This document shows positions 10,198-19,201 of a stretch of DNA of 64,000 nucleotides, in pieces. A program made the position numbers and the translations under genes. How positions within the stretch are numbered: position 1 is the first letter of the stretch; every line of letters begins with the position of its first letter. The stretch spans positions 7,978-71,977 of the forward strand of contig JAJYFE010000002.1 of the NCBI GenBank assembly GCA_021785435.1, written 5' to 3'. The notes under the pieces are model-generated. The model was not told the DNA's origin and made no database searches. It saw only the letters and a list, made by a program, of their open reading frames with translations. The stretch comes from Planctomycetota bacterium. GTDB lineage: Bacteria; Planctomycetota; Phycisphaerae; WQYP01.

Positions 10198-10368
10198 CGA
10201 GGATGTGGCCATAAATTGTGGCTCAACGTGGTAGGTCGAAGATCCGCCCCGGTGGACACACTCCGATGTGCTGTCCTCCCGCCGCTGCGACGCCGCGGGC
10301 GGTACGGCAACCTATCCCGACTTAGAGTACGCGGGATAGGATCGTGCCTGCTACTGCCACAATTTATG
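10198..10368. mobile_element. MITE-like element: 22-bp imperfect inverted ends (GGATGTGGCCATAAATTGTGGC vs its reverse complement, 2 mismatches) flanked by a 9-bp direct repeat TGCTGGCGA, with an internal hairpin CCTATCCCG-N10-CGGGATAGG
   Basis: 18-bp perfect inverted repeat at 10207-10224 and 10342-10359. The direct repeat TGCTGGCGA lies at 10194-10202 and 10364-10372. Confidence 0.4.
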
Positions 10369-11397
10369 GCCACGCCCTGCTGGCGACATGGTGGAACGCG
10401 GTGGAACGCTGTAGCGTTATGGGTCCTGTTCGCCTGGGCGAGCGCCTCGGTGGGCGCCGCTCCAGTGGTCCGCTCCACCCCACCGCCGCCGGCGAACCTC
10501 CCCGCCCACCCCCACCCGGAAACTCTGGTCCAACCTCTTAAAGTTCCGCCCGCCTCCGGCGGGGCCAGCGGTCTGCCGGTGGCCGCCGTGCGAACCAACG
10601 CAGCCTCCCGGCTCGCCACGGCAAGCCGGCCGATCCCCTCGCCGCCAGCCCTGCGTGAAGGCATGATGATCGTCCATGCTGCGGGCCTTCTGGTGCCCGC
10701 GCGGGGGGCGCGGTATGCGCGTTTCCAGTTTATCCTGCCTCCGCGGCGCTGGCCGCCGCGGGTAAGACTGTTACCCTGTCTGGCCCTCGCCGCCATGCAG
10801 ACTGCCGCGTCCAGGCGCCACCACGCCATTTTTGTCATCGACGGCCAAGTCCTGGTTTATAGGAGGAAAATTTACGTTTTGCCTTCGGCCAACATTCGCT
10901 GGCGCTGGACGCCACGGAGATCGACCGTCCGTGCGGGGCCGCACCCGGCAATCCAGATGGGCGCCGCCAGCGCCGGAAATCCCGAGGGGGTGCTACGAAG
11001 CCTCCTTAGGCACCACCTCCAGCGGCCGCTGGCGGCAATGAATCCAAGTCGAGCGGCCACACGGGTAAAGGCGATTCTGCCGTCGCCCGTGCCTGGAGCG
11101 CCGCTCACATGGCCGGCGCGGCCGCAAGAAAGCTATTTATGGAATCGCCGCGGTCGTCTGCTCTACAATCCGGCGGACCAAGACTGGTTATTGCAACTGC
11201 GCGCGCCCGACCATCTCCTACCCGGCGCCACGTTGATCCTGTTGCCCTGCCGCCTGCTGGCGGTGATGCGCCGACGGGCCGGCGCGAGGGTCAGCCCCCT
11301 GACGTTTCGCGTCAGTGGCCGGATTACCCAGTACCGACATCGCAATTATCTGTTGCTGACCTACGTGCACGTGTTCCATAACTTGGGCCGATTTTAA
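10363..11397 (+). CDS. Hypothetical secreted protein (signal-peptide-like N-terminus WNAVALWVLFAWASASVGAAP)
   Basis: Long ORF with Arg/Pro-biased composition and no recognisable domain. The start overlaps the right inverted end of the MITE-like element, so this could be spurious. Confidence 0.3.
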   Translation, partial: FMATPCWRHGGTRWNAVALWVLFAWASASVGAAPVVRSTPPPPANLPAHPHPETLVQPLKVPPASGGASGLPVAAVRTNAASRLATASRPIPSPPALREGMMIVHAAGLLVPARGARYARFQFILPPRRWPPRVRLLPCLALAAMQTAASRRHHAIFVIDGQVLVYRRKIYVLPSANIRWRWTPRRSTVRAGPHPAIQMGAASAGNPEGVLRSLLRHHLQRPLAAMNPSRAATRVKAILPSPVPGAPLTWPARPQESYLWNRRGRLLYNPADQDWLLQLRAPDHLLPGATLILLPCRLLAVMRRRAGARVSPLTFRVSGRITQYRHRNYLLLTYVHVFHNLGRF

Positions 11398-13415
11398 CGC
11401 GCGTGGGCGCCATCTTCAGCGCGGCGTTTAAGGTTCATGATCGCCTGCATGATTGTCTCGGCGACGTGCTGCAATACTTCACGCTCCCTATGTCGGGAGC
11501 GCCATTCGTCAAACCGCAGGGGCGCACCGAAATACACCCGCACATTGGCGCGGCGGAAATAATCGTCCGCCAGCGACCGGTGCCGACGGGTCCCGTGAAT
11601 ATACACCGGCACCACCGGCGCCCCGGAAAGCAGGGCCAGCATGGCCACGCCCAATTCCGGCGCGCGCAGCACGTGATCCACGCTCAGCGCGCCTTCCGGA
11701 AAGATGCCCACCACCGAGCCTTCCCGCAGCGCCTGTACCGCGGCGAGCACGGCGACCGGATCATGGCCGCTGCGGTCCACGGGAATAGCGCCGTCCAGGC
11801 GGCAGGACCACGCCACCAGCGGCCCAATGGCAGGCAGACGGTAGGAAGCGCGATCCACCATGAAACGAATCAGACGGCGGCGACTGGCCAGCAGCAGCAG
11901 CAGCGGATCCAGGGTGCTGGTATGGTTGGCCGCCACAATCGCCGCACCGGTCGCGGGAATGCGGCAGGCCCCGGCCAGCCGCCAGCGATGCCAGAATCTT
12001 ATATACATGGAGATCAGACGCAGCAGGAAGGCCTGCCGCAGGGGCAGCGGTTGACGGCGCATGTAAAGGACGACCAGCACCGCCCCCAGCGCCGCCGTTC
12101 CGTAGGCTGTCGCCACCACCAGATCGTGCACATACGCATCCACATTCGGCCACATCGCCAGGGGCACGGTCATCATCACCAGGCCCAGCGTGGTGGCCAT
12201 ATCGCGCACCGCCATCACGCGCCCACGGACGTAATCCGGCACCACGCGCTGCAACAGGGTGTCCACGCTGCTGAACATGATAGCGCCGAAGAAAGCCCCG
12301 CTTACCAGATAGGCCAACAACATCTCCCAGTGGCTGGCCCACGAAGCCAGCAGAAGACTGCCGCCCATCAGCACCGTGGACCAGGCAATGCCCAGCTCTT
12401 TCGGAATACCCTGCCGCGCCTGGCTGATCGCCGCGGCGCCAGCCACCATCCCCGCCCCCGCCAGCCCCATAAAAATTCCGAAATCCTGTGGAGGTAAATG
12501 AAAACGTTGCGTTAAAATGCTCGGCAGGCTGTTGAACACCACGGAACTGATTGTGAAAAAGACCATCTCCAGGCCAATCACTTGAAAAGGCCGCTTATGC
12601 CGCCGCAAATAGGCCACGCCTGGCCCGATATCGCGCCACAGTTTGCCTGGGCTGGTTGAACGGCCTTCGGCTGTCGCCGCAGCCTTTTCCACAGCCGGCT
12701 CGCCCAACGGCGAGGCCGGCTCGCCCAGCGGTTTCCCGGCCGTCAACGGCCGCGGTGGGCGCATCAGCGCCAGGCCGCCGGCCGAAAGTAGGAAAGCCGC
12801 GCCATCGACGTATAGGGCGTAATCGAGCCGCCAGGCGACCAACACCCCGCCGGCGATGAACCCGAGCAGCGAAAAGATCGTCCCGGCGGTGGTAATCATG
12901 GCGTTGGCCTGCAGCAGTTGCCGTGGATGCACCAGATTGGGCAAAATGGCGGCACGGGCCACGTAGAAGAATTCTCCCACACTCGACAGGATGATTTCCG
13001 AGCCAAACAAAAGAATCAGCAGAGTAGTCAGGGGCAGCCAATGCCCGGCGGCGCCCGCCAACAGCACCGTGCGGGCCAGAAACACCAGACCAGCGCGAAC
13101 CAGGTCAGCGGTGATCATGATGCTGCGCCGCGGCCAACGGTCGGAAAGTATTCCGGCCAGCGGAGCCACGGCCAGGAAGGGTAGAAACATCGCCAGGTTC
13201 AACTGGGCGGTCTGCTGGGAGCCGATGTGGTGCTGGCGCAACAGAACGATGCAAAGCAGTTGGAGCATCACCAGCCAGTGCACGCGATCGGCCAGCGCGG
13301 ACACGACATAGCTCAACCAAAGCAAAATGAAGTTACGATTTTTGCCCAACGACGGGAAATCTTGCAGCAACGGCGCAACGGTCAGCTCGGACGAGACCTG
13401 GGGCTGGGTCATCAT
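11394..13415 (-). CDS. MFS lysophospholipid transporter (LplT-like) fused to a C-terminal PlsC-type acyltransferase
   Basis: 12 TM helices in the N-terminal half. The C-terminal half has the NHTSTLDPLLL (HX4D) and FPEGALS motifs. Start at the ATGATG at 13415 (MMTQPQV). Confidence 0.75.
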   Translation of the reverse strand: MMTQPQVSSELTVAPLLQDFPSLGKNRNFILLWLSYVVSALADRVHWLVMLQLLCIVLLRQHHIGSQQTAQLNLAMFLPFLAVAPLAGILSDRWPRRSIMITADLVRAGLVFLARTVLLAGAAGHWLPLTTLLILLFGSEIILSSVGEFFYVARAAILPNLVHPRQLLQANAMITTAGTIFSLLGFIAGGVLVAWRLDYALYVDGAAFLLSAGGLALMRPPRPLTAGKPLGEPASPLGEPAVEKAAATAEGRSTSPGKLWRDIGPGVAYLRRHKRPFQVIGLEMVFFTISSVVFNSLPSILTQRFHLPPQDFGIFMGLAGAGMVAGAAAISQARQGIPKELGIAWSTVLMGGSLLLASWASHWEMLLAYLVSGAFFGAIMFSSVDTLLQRVVPDYVRGRVMAVRDMATTLGLVMMTVPLAMWPNVDAYVHDLVVATAYGTAALGAVLVVLYMRRQPLPLRQAFLLRLISMYIRFWHRWRLAGACRIPATGAAIVAANHTSTLDPLLLLLASRRRLIRFMVDRASYRLPAIGPLVAWSCRLDGAIPVDRSGHDPVAVLAAVQALREGSVVGIFPEGALSVDHVLRAPELGVAMLALLSGAPVVPVYIHGTRRHRSLADDYFRRANVRVYFGAPLRFDEWRSRHREREVLQHVAETIMQAIMNLKRRAEDGAHAR

Positions 13416-13529
13416 GGTTCCGTCTACAGACTTCTGGCCCACTCCAAGATAACCGAGCCAACAGCGATGAACCAGTGCATGGTCGCCGCCGCCGGGGTGG
13501 CTGACCGATTTGGCGAACGAGACCACCGC

Positions 13530-13730
13530 CGCGTAAGGTCGAAACCATCGCGGCCGGATCCAGCGGACCACCCCTTCGGAGACAGCTTTCCAGGCCGCCA
13601 GTCTTGGACCGAGTCGGGCAAGTCGCCTCAGTTTTACCCGCTGCCGCGCGGCGACTCCCTGCCGCGAGATACCCGATCCCCTGGAGGTCTTCCAACCATG
13701 TCTCAATTTTCAAGTGCGCGCGGTGTCGCG
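13530..13730. repeat. Structured ~200-bp repeat, copy A (homologous to 51120-51315)
   Basis: About 75% identity to copy B. Shared blocks: GAAACCATCGCGGCCGG, TTCCAGGCCGCC, ACCCGCTGCCGCG, CTTCCAACCATGTCTCAAT and AAGTGCGCGCGGT. Confidence 0.55.
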
Positions 13731-13893
13731 AACTTTCCAGTTCGCCCGCCTTCCAGTTCGCCCCTTTCGTGCAGCGGGGTACCCCGCGCGGCGCAGCAGG
13801 AAGGCGCCGGTCTGGCCCAGCGGCAGTTTGGACAGACGCCCGGAATAAACCTTAAGATGATACAGACGATGACGAGCAGGCTTAGGAGTTAAC

Positions 13894-14604
13894 ATGCCCG
13901 CACCACCGATTCTGGCCATTCAGCACGTTCCATGTGAAACCATCGGGGCTATTTCCGGTGCGCTCGCCGCCGCGGGTTTGTCCGCGCAGATCTGCGAAAT
14001 TTTTGCTGGTCAAACCCCGCCGCGGACGTTGGACGGCTATGCCGGACTGATCATTATGGGTGGGCCGATGAGTGTGTACGAATCAAACCGCTATCCCTTT
14101 ATCCGGGATGAGCTGCGCCTGCTTGAGGCGGGCCTCCACGCCGGGAAAGCCATTTTAGGCGTCTGTCTGGGCAGTCAACTTCTGGCCGCGGCGCTCGGAG
14201 CGAAAGTGGTTCCAGGGCCGACGAAGGAAATCGGCTGGTATCCGGTGCGCAAACTCCCTGCCGCCGCGGACGACCCCTTACTGGCGGAACTACCGGCGAG
14301 TTTCACTGCGCTGCATTGGCACGGCGATATTTTTGAGTGCCCGTTTGGCAGCACCGCCTTGCTGTCCTCCGACCTGACCGCGTGCCAGGGGTTTCGGCAC
14401 GGCAGCCGCGCATATGGTCTGCTCTGCCACTTGGAAGTCACCTGCCCGCAACTTATCCGCATGGTAACCACGTTCCGGGAGGAACTGGGCCAAAGCCGGA
14501 TTTCAGGTGAAAATATCCTCAAGCAGGCGCCAGCGTATATGATTGATCTGGAAAAATACGCCGGGCAGGTCTTTTCCCGCTGGACGGCCTTGGTTTCGTC
14601 ATAA
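13894..14604 (+). CDS. Class I glutamine amidotransferase-like protein
   Basis: GATase1 nucleophile elbow GVCLGSQLL and a HWHGD motif. AGGAG RBS upstream of the ATG. Confidence 0.7.
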   Translation: MPAPPILAIQHVPCETIGAISGALAAAGLSAQICEIFAGQTPPRTLDGYAGLIIMGGPMSVYESNRYPFIRDELRLLEAGLHAGKAILGVCLGSQLLAAALGAKVVPGPTKEIGWYPVRKLPAAADDPLLAELPASFTALHWHGDIFECPFGSTALLSSDLTACQGFRHGSRAYGLLCHLEVTCPQLIRMVTTFREELGQSRISGENILKQAPAYMIDLEKYAGQVFSRWTALVSS

Positions 14605-14645
14605 GCGTGCACGACTGTTTTCTCACACGATAAATTTCTGCTTGG

Positions 14646-14785
14646 CAAAAGAGCCCCGGCCCCGCCACTGAACCCGAAGCACTGGCTCTCGGGTCGCCGT
14701 GGCGAGTCGCTCGCGGCGACCCGGTGAATGGCGGCGACCGTGGCGCCCGAAAGCTAAGTGGTGAACAGAGCACTGGCCCCAACCC
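14646..14785. repeat. Family-2 dispersed gene-end element
   Basis: AAAGAGCCCC...GAACCCGAAGCAC...[GC-rich hairpin]...CCGGTGAATGG...CCCGAAAGCTAAGTGGTGA...AGCACTGGCCCC. Homologous to 30490-30605 and 56608-56755. Confidence 0.5.
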
Positions 14786-14823
14786 GACCCCGCACCGGAG
14801 TTTGACCTCCAAGGAGAATCCCG

Positions 14824-15321
14824 ATGCCTCTATCTTCACCGCTCATTTCTGGTGAATCCGGCCCCACCGAACGCGTCACCGCCGAATTGGTTTGGCTCGA
14901 GCATGGCCGCGGTTTGGAACCGCCGGCCTATCAGAGCGCTCTATCCGCCGGCATGGATTTGCGGGCGGCGATCACCGCGCCGCTTCTGCTGGGGCCACGG
15001 GATCGCCGGGCCGTTCCCTGCGGCTTTAAGATGGCTTTGCCGGCCGGATACGAGGCGCAGATCCGCCCCCGGTCGGGACTGGCGCTTCAACACGGCATCA
15101 GCGTACCCAACGCCCCGGGCACCATCGACGCTGATTACCGCGGCGAGGTGATGGCGCTGTTGATCAATCTTGGCTCCGAGCCTTTCACCATTACGCGGGG
15201 AATGCGTATTGCCCAGATGGTGGTGGCCCCGGTGACCCATCTGCGATGGCAGGTGCTTGACGGCACGGAACTATCCGCCACCGCCCGCGGCGCCGGCGGT
15301 TTCGGCAGCACGGGTCGGTGA
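14824..15321 (+). CDS. dut: dUTP diphosphatase
   Basis: [16 protein letters not shown] and GSTG motifs. AAGGAGA RBS upstream. Confidence 0.8.
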   Translation: MPLSSPLISGESGPTERVTAELVWLEHGRGLEPPAYQSALSAGMDLRAAITAPLLLGPRDRRAVPCGFKMALPAGYEAQIRPRSGLALQHGISVPNAPGTIDADYRGEVMALLINLGSEPFTITRGMRIAQMVVAPVTHLRWQVLDGTELSATARGAGGFGSTGR

Positions 15322-15373
15322 TCCTTTTCATCCACCCTTGAACGTGCCCAAGTGTCTTGTAGATCCTGTTGAC

Positions 15374-15402
15374 TTGACTTTTAAAAACTTATACCGTATA
15401 GT
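15374..15402 (+). promoter_or_regulatory. Sigma70-type promoter TTGACT-N17-TATAGT in an AT-rich island
   Basis: -35 TTGACT at 15374-15379 (duplicated at 15369-15374) and -10 TATAGT at 15397-15402. The local AT richness is exceptional for this genome. Confidence 0.45.
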
Positions 15403-15454
15403 ATATGTATTGGACGATCGTTTATAGTTTGTATTTTGTGAAAATGCATTTTTG

Positions 15455-16720
15455 ATGATTATTATGCCGGAAAATAAACGTGAAACTGGCACGGCAACGA
15501 AACGCTCGCGTATCGTCGATATGCTCGAAGAGCGTATTCGCCGGGGTGATTACGTGGCCAACGGCCTGCCCACGGAACCAGAGTTGGCCGCCGAAGTTGG
15601 CGTGTCGCGGACGACGGCCCGGCTGGCCATGTTGGACTTGGTCCGCAAGGGCTTGATGGTCCGCAAACCGCACGGAAAACTCGAACTCAACCGGGCGCAT
15701 CAAACGCTATCCAACGGGTTGCAGGTGGCGTTGTTGATGCCGGCGTTTAGCTCGGCGGTTTCTGAAAATTGGCGGTTTGCCATTGAACGTGTGGCAGCCG
15801 GTCAAAACGCCCTGGCGCGGGTGGTGGATTTTGTGCATTGGGATGACCCGGCCATTCCCCGGACCCTGGCCGGCTTTGACGGCGTGTTCCTGATACCGTC
15901 TTGCGAGCCGATTTCCCAAGGGGTGTTGGAGCAGTTTAAACGCTGTCGCCACCTGGTGGTTCTGGACGAAGACCTCAGCCGCGAGGGCATCGCGTCCGTG
16001 GACCTGCTTCCAGCCATGTTCATCCGCCGTTTGGGGGAACATCTGTATGCCCTTGGCCACCGCCACGTTGACTGCCTGAACACGCAGCCGGCCTCCCCGG
16101 GCGTGGTCCGCCGGCTCGAACAATGGCGGCTATGGCAGAGGCTGCGGAAAGCGGATGGCCGCGTCATTGACGAGCCGGTGGAATCTTACACCCATCCGAC
16201 GCCGCACGCGTATGCGGTGATGAAACGGCTGCTGGAAAGCGGTGAATTCAAGGCTACCGCGCTGGTTTGCATCACAGGGGCGGCCGCAACGGGCGCCATG
16301 CGAGCCCTACGCGAGCACGGCCTGGAGGTCGGCAAGGATGTGTCGGTCTGTGCGGTGGAAGGCGAGGGGTTGGAACGCTACCAATACGTCTCATTAACCG
16401 TGCTGGAACCCGTCGACGCCAGGCCGTACCTGGAGGTTTTCTTTGAGTGGTTTGCAAAACGCACCGAGCCATGGAGGGGACCGAAGCTGGTCCAACCCGC
16501 CGATCTGGCTGTACTTGTCGGCGAATCCACAGGGCCGGCGCCGGGTGCGGCGCGGGATTGCACCACAAAGGGCACGGAGGCGACGGATAACGCACGCGAT
16601 CCCGATAGCCAACCGCGGGCAAGGGAAACCGGGGAACACGCGAAGGGGGACGATTCGCCGCAACGGGCACGAGGGAGCGTAGCCGGCGGGGCCCCACCCG
16701 CCGCCGCGATTGAAAGATAG
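15455..16720 (+). CDS. GntR-type HTH transcriptional regulator with a periplasmic-binding-protein-like effector domain; the last ~60 codons are low-complexity
   Basis: HTH LPTEPELAAEVGVSRTTARLAMLDL. The C-terminal half resembles a LacI/sugar-binding domain. The ORF-track start at 15452 is a TTG; the first ATG is at 15455. Confidence 0.6.
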   Translation: MIIMPENKRETGTATKRSRIVDMLEERIRRGDYVANGLPTEPELAAEVGVSRTTARLAMLDLVRKGLMVRKPHGKLELNRAHQTLSNGLQVALLMPAFSSAVSENWRFAIERVAAGQNALARVVDFVHWDDPAIPRTLAGFDGVFLIPSCEPISQGVLEQFKRCRHLVVLDEDLSREGIASVDLLPAMFIRRLGEHLYALGHRHVDCLNTQPASPGVVRRLEQWRLWQRLRKADGRVIDEPVESYTHPTPHAYAVMKRLLESGEFKATALVCITGAAATGAMRALREHGLEVGKDVSVCAVEGEGLERYQYVSLTVLEPVDARPYLEVFFEWFAKRTEPWRGPKLVQPADLAVLVGESTGPAPGAARDCTTKGTEATDNARDPDSQPRARETGEHAKGDDSPQRARGSVAGGAPPAAAIER

Positions 16721-17565
16721 TGCCGTGGCAAAACCACGCACGAAAGCTCACACGAAGCCGCGAAGAGCGCGAAGGACGAATTAGAGAACCCGGGGGCAAT
16801 AGTTGCAGCGAAGTGAACTCGGAAAGAGTTTTAAGGGACCATTAAAAAGGTGTTTTCGCGGCCTTCGCGGCGTAGTTTAGTCGCCAGGGCGACCGTGAGA
16901 TAAGGAATCATAAACACCGCGTCGAAGAGTCGCTACGGCGACCTTTAGCGCGGTGAACCGAACGAGAATGGAGCACCCGAAGGCCCCGCGGAAGAGGAAT
17001 GATGAGCCGCGGGTGACCCGAAACACCAGAACCACAGTTTACCCGCCGCGGCGGGGATCACACGGATGGCACGGATGACGTTGGTTTTCTCCCTCGATTC
17101 GTGCAACCAGGTAGTCTGTGGTGAAGGACGCTAAAAAGACGAACTCCAAGCACCGCGCTTCAGCGCGGTGAACCGATGTAGACAGGTTTTAGGTTATAGC
17201 GGTCAGGGAGCAGGGAACCGTAAGGGAAAAAGTAAAAGGAAAAAAACTGAAAACTGAACACCGAAAACTTCGTTAGTTCCGTCCCGGCGGATGTGGGTGT
17301 GCACCGGGTCGAGTGATCCGGGGCCGGCTTTTCGCGCGGCGTTTAAAAAGGGAGGTGCCTTATGGCACGGCAGGATTTACATCTTCGTGACGGTGGTTTG
17401 TTCGCGGAATTCCGGGCGGCGTTCGCCGGGAGCCGCAAGATTGGTCCCCTTTTTTCAAAGGAGTCTGTCATGTTTAGCCCACGGAAAACGGATCGCGGAG
17501 TCGCCAGGGCGACCAACTTAACCCTGGAAACTGGTAATACTGGCTCTCTTTTAAAGGAGATTACG
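16721..17565 (+). other. Purine-rich ~850-bp non-coding region (candidate long 5' leader or ncRNA) between the regulator and the DUF1559 gene
   Basis: No credible ORF. Repeated GCGCGGTGAACCGA motifs at ~16946 and ~17163. Hairpins CACCGCGC-ttca-GCGCGGTG, GTCGCCAGGGCGAC (16880 and 17500) and GTCGCTACGGCGAC. GC content is lower than in the flanks. Confidence 0.4.
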
Positions 17566-18849
17566 ATGAGAGCGTACCAAAACATCCAATCCGTAATCGC
17601 GGCCGGGTTGTCCCCCGTTACCTGGCTGCTTGCTTGTGTGGCCCTGTTTCTGAATTCCATGGTGCTGAGCCTGGCCCGGGGGCTGGGCGCCTATGGTGAC
17701 CTGGAATCCCTGGTCAGCCGAGCGGGATTCCGGTCGTGGCGACACCGTTTCCGGGGCGCCTTGGGCTTTACCCTGATCGAACTGCTGGTGGTGATATCGA
17801 TAATAGCCATTCTCATATCTATATTACTACCTGCGTTAGCCAAGGCCCGCGAACTGGCCAATCGGGCGGTATGCATGGCGAATGTCAGGGGGATCATCCA
17901 GGCCATGGTGGTCTACGCACAATCGAACAACGGAACCTTCCCGGCGACGCTGCTGGCCTCCGGCATACCGGGTTACCAGAACTCGCCAGCTGAAGCCCCA
18001 GCCTACGTGCCGGCGAACTGTGCCACCGCCGTGGCGGCCGCGCAGGCCTGGTACGAGCCGAACAACACAAACCCGGTCTTCGGCTGGCCCTCTCCCACAG
18101 GCTCCATGTGGCTGCTGGTGCTCAAGGGCTACACCACCCCGGCGAGCTTCATCTGCCCGTCGGATCCAATTGGAGGCGCCGCCGGTCCCTCGGCGGAATA
18201 TTACGTAAACGGCGCCTCCAATGAGTACGTCAGCAACTTCGGCTACATACCCGGCCTGGCCAGTTCCACCTCGCCGCCGAACGGTGCATTCTTCGCGATC
18301 ACAAACACCACCGGCCAGGGCGAAAGCTACTCCTTCGCCTTCGCCTGGCCGTGGCATTCTGCCTCCGGCCAGCTTGGCCAGCCCGGCCAGTGGTGGACCA
18401 CGAACGGCGCCAACACGCAGGTTCCCCTGGTTGGCGATATGGCGCCGGAAAGCGATGATGGGACAACCGGCCTCACGGGCAACGGTGACAACACGGGAAC
18501 TTACCTACGCATCACCACCACCCTGCCCACCGCCAACACCTATGGCCCGTACATTTACAACTCCGGCAATCACGCCGGCGACGGCCAGAATGTCGGCTTC
18601 GGCGACGATCACGTGACCTGGGAAACCTCGCCTTATGTGGGTGAAAACGGCGACAATATTTTCACCTACACCACCGCCACGGGCGTGGTGAACGGTACCA
18701 CGGACACCAATCAGGTGCCGATGAAGTATCCAGGCGGCATGGGAGCGCTGCAGGGGATCGAAACCTTGGCTCCTCCGTTTGACACCTGCATGGTGCCGGT
18801 GCGCACGGTGAACCCGCAGTCCGCCGTCAGCGGCTATTGGGCGTGGTGA
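17566..18849 (+). CDS. DUF1559 (H-X9-DG) protein with a type IV prepilin-like N-terminal methylation motif
   Basis: [30 protein letters not shown] and a C-terminal [18 protein letters not shown] motif. AAAGGAGA RBS before the ATG at 17566. An alternative start at 17658 is possible; the 17362 start reads through a family-1 hairpin. Confidence 0.7.
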   Translation: MRAYQNIQSVIAAGLSPVTWLLACVALFLNSMVLSLARGLGAYGDLESLVSRAGFRSWRHRFRGALGFTLIELLVVISIIAILISILLPALAKARELANRAVCMANVRGIIQAMVVYAQSNNGTFPATLLASGIPGYQNSPAEAPAYVPANCATAVAAAQAWYEPNNTNPVFGWPSPTGSMWLLVLKGYTTPASFICPSDPIGGAAGPSAEYYVNGASNEYVSNFGYIPGLASSTSPPNGAFFAITNTTGQGESYSFAFAWPWHSASGQLGQPGQWWTTNGANTQVPLVGDMAPESDDGTTGLTGNGDNTGTYLRITTTLPTANTYGPYIYNSGNHAGDGQNVGFGDDHVTWETSPYVGENGDNIFTYTTATGVVNGTTDTNQVPMKYPGGMGALQGIETLAPPFDTCMVPVRTVNPQSAVSGYWAW

Positions 18850-19047
18850 GGATGGCTCGCGGCGCGCCGGAGAAATTGGCCGCCGTCAGCCCTGCGCTGA
18901 CCGGACAAAAGGCTAATTCCGGCGCGCCGGCAGCGCACGGAGGAAAATAACGGGTGCGCCAGCCGTACGCCCCCGCATTCCTGAAAGCAGAGACAAATAA
19001 TATAGCGCGTAATCGTTCATAGGCCCAGGCCTGCCCCCGCGCTGCAG

Positions 19048-19095
19048 TTTAGTCGCCCGCGGCGACTTTGGGGCTATGTGGTACGCGACCAAGAG
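19048..19095. repeat. Family-1 palindromic element (core GTCGCCCGCGGCGAC at 19052-19066)
   Basis: CTGCAGTTTAGTCGCCCGCGGCGACTTTGGGGCTATGTGGTACGCG aligns with 3421-3468. Confidence 0.55.
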
Positions 19096-19201
19096 CGGGT
19101 GATTGCTGTGGCCACGACCCGGCCGACGCATCCAATCAGGAAGCGTTAAACCAAAACGACGGAAAGGATGAATGTCTACTGAGTTTCGCAAGGAGTCACA
19201 C

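Noticed and set aside
10068-10838. 256-aa minus-strand ORF in the 10-11 kb region
   Set aside because: Extremely Arg/Gly-rich junk translation. It overlaps a MITE-like element and family-1 repeat. No start or RBS support.
13530-13730. ~200-bp structured repeat considered as tmRNA, RNase P RNA, SRP RNA, 6S RNA or a known riboswitch
   Set aside because: It lacks the conserved cores of those RNAs (no tmRNA tRNA-like ends, no P4 or SRP domain IV motifs). It is present in two divergent copies, more consistent with a repeat family or novel leader element.
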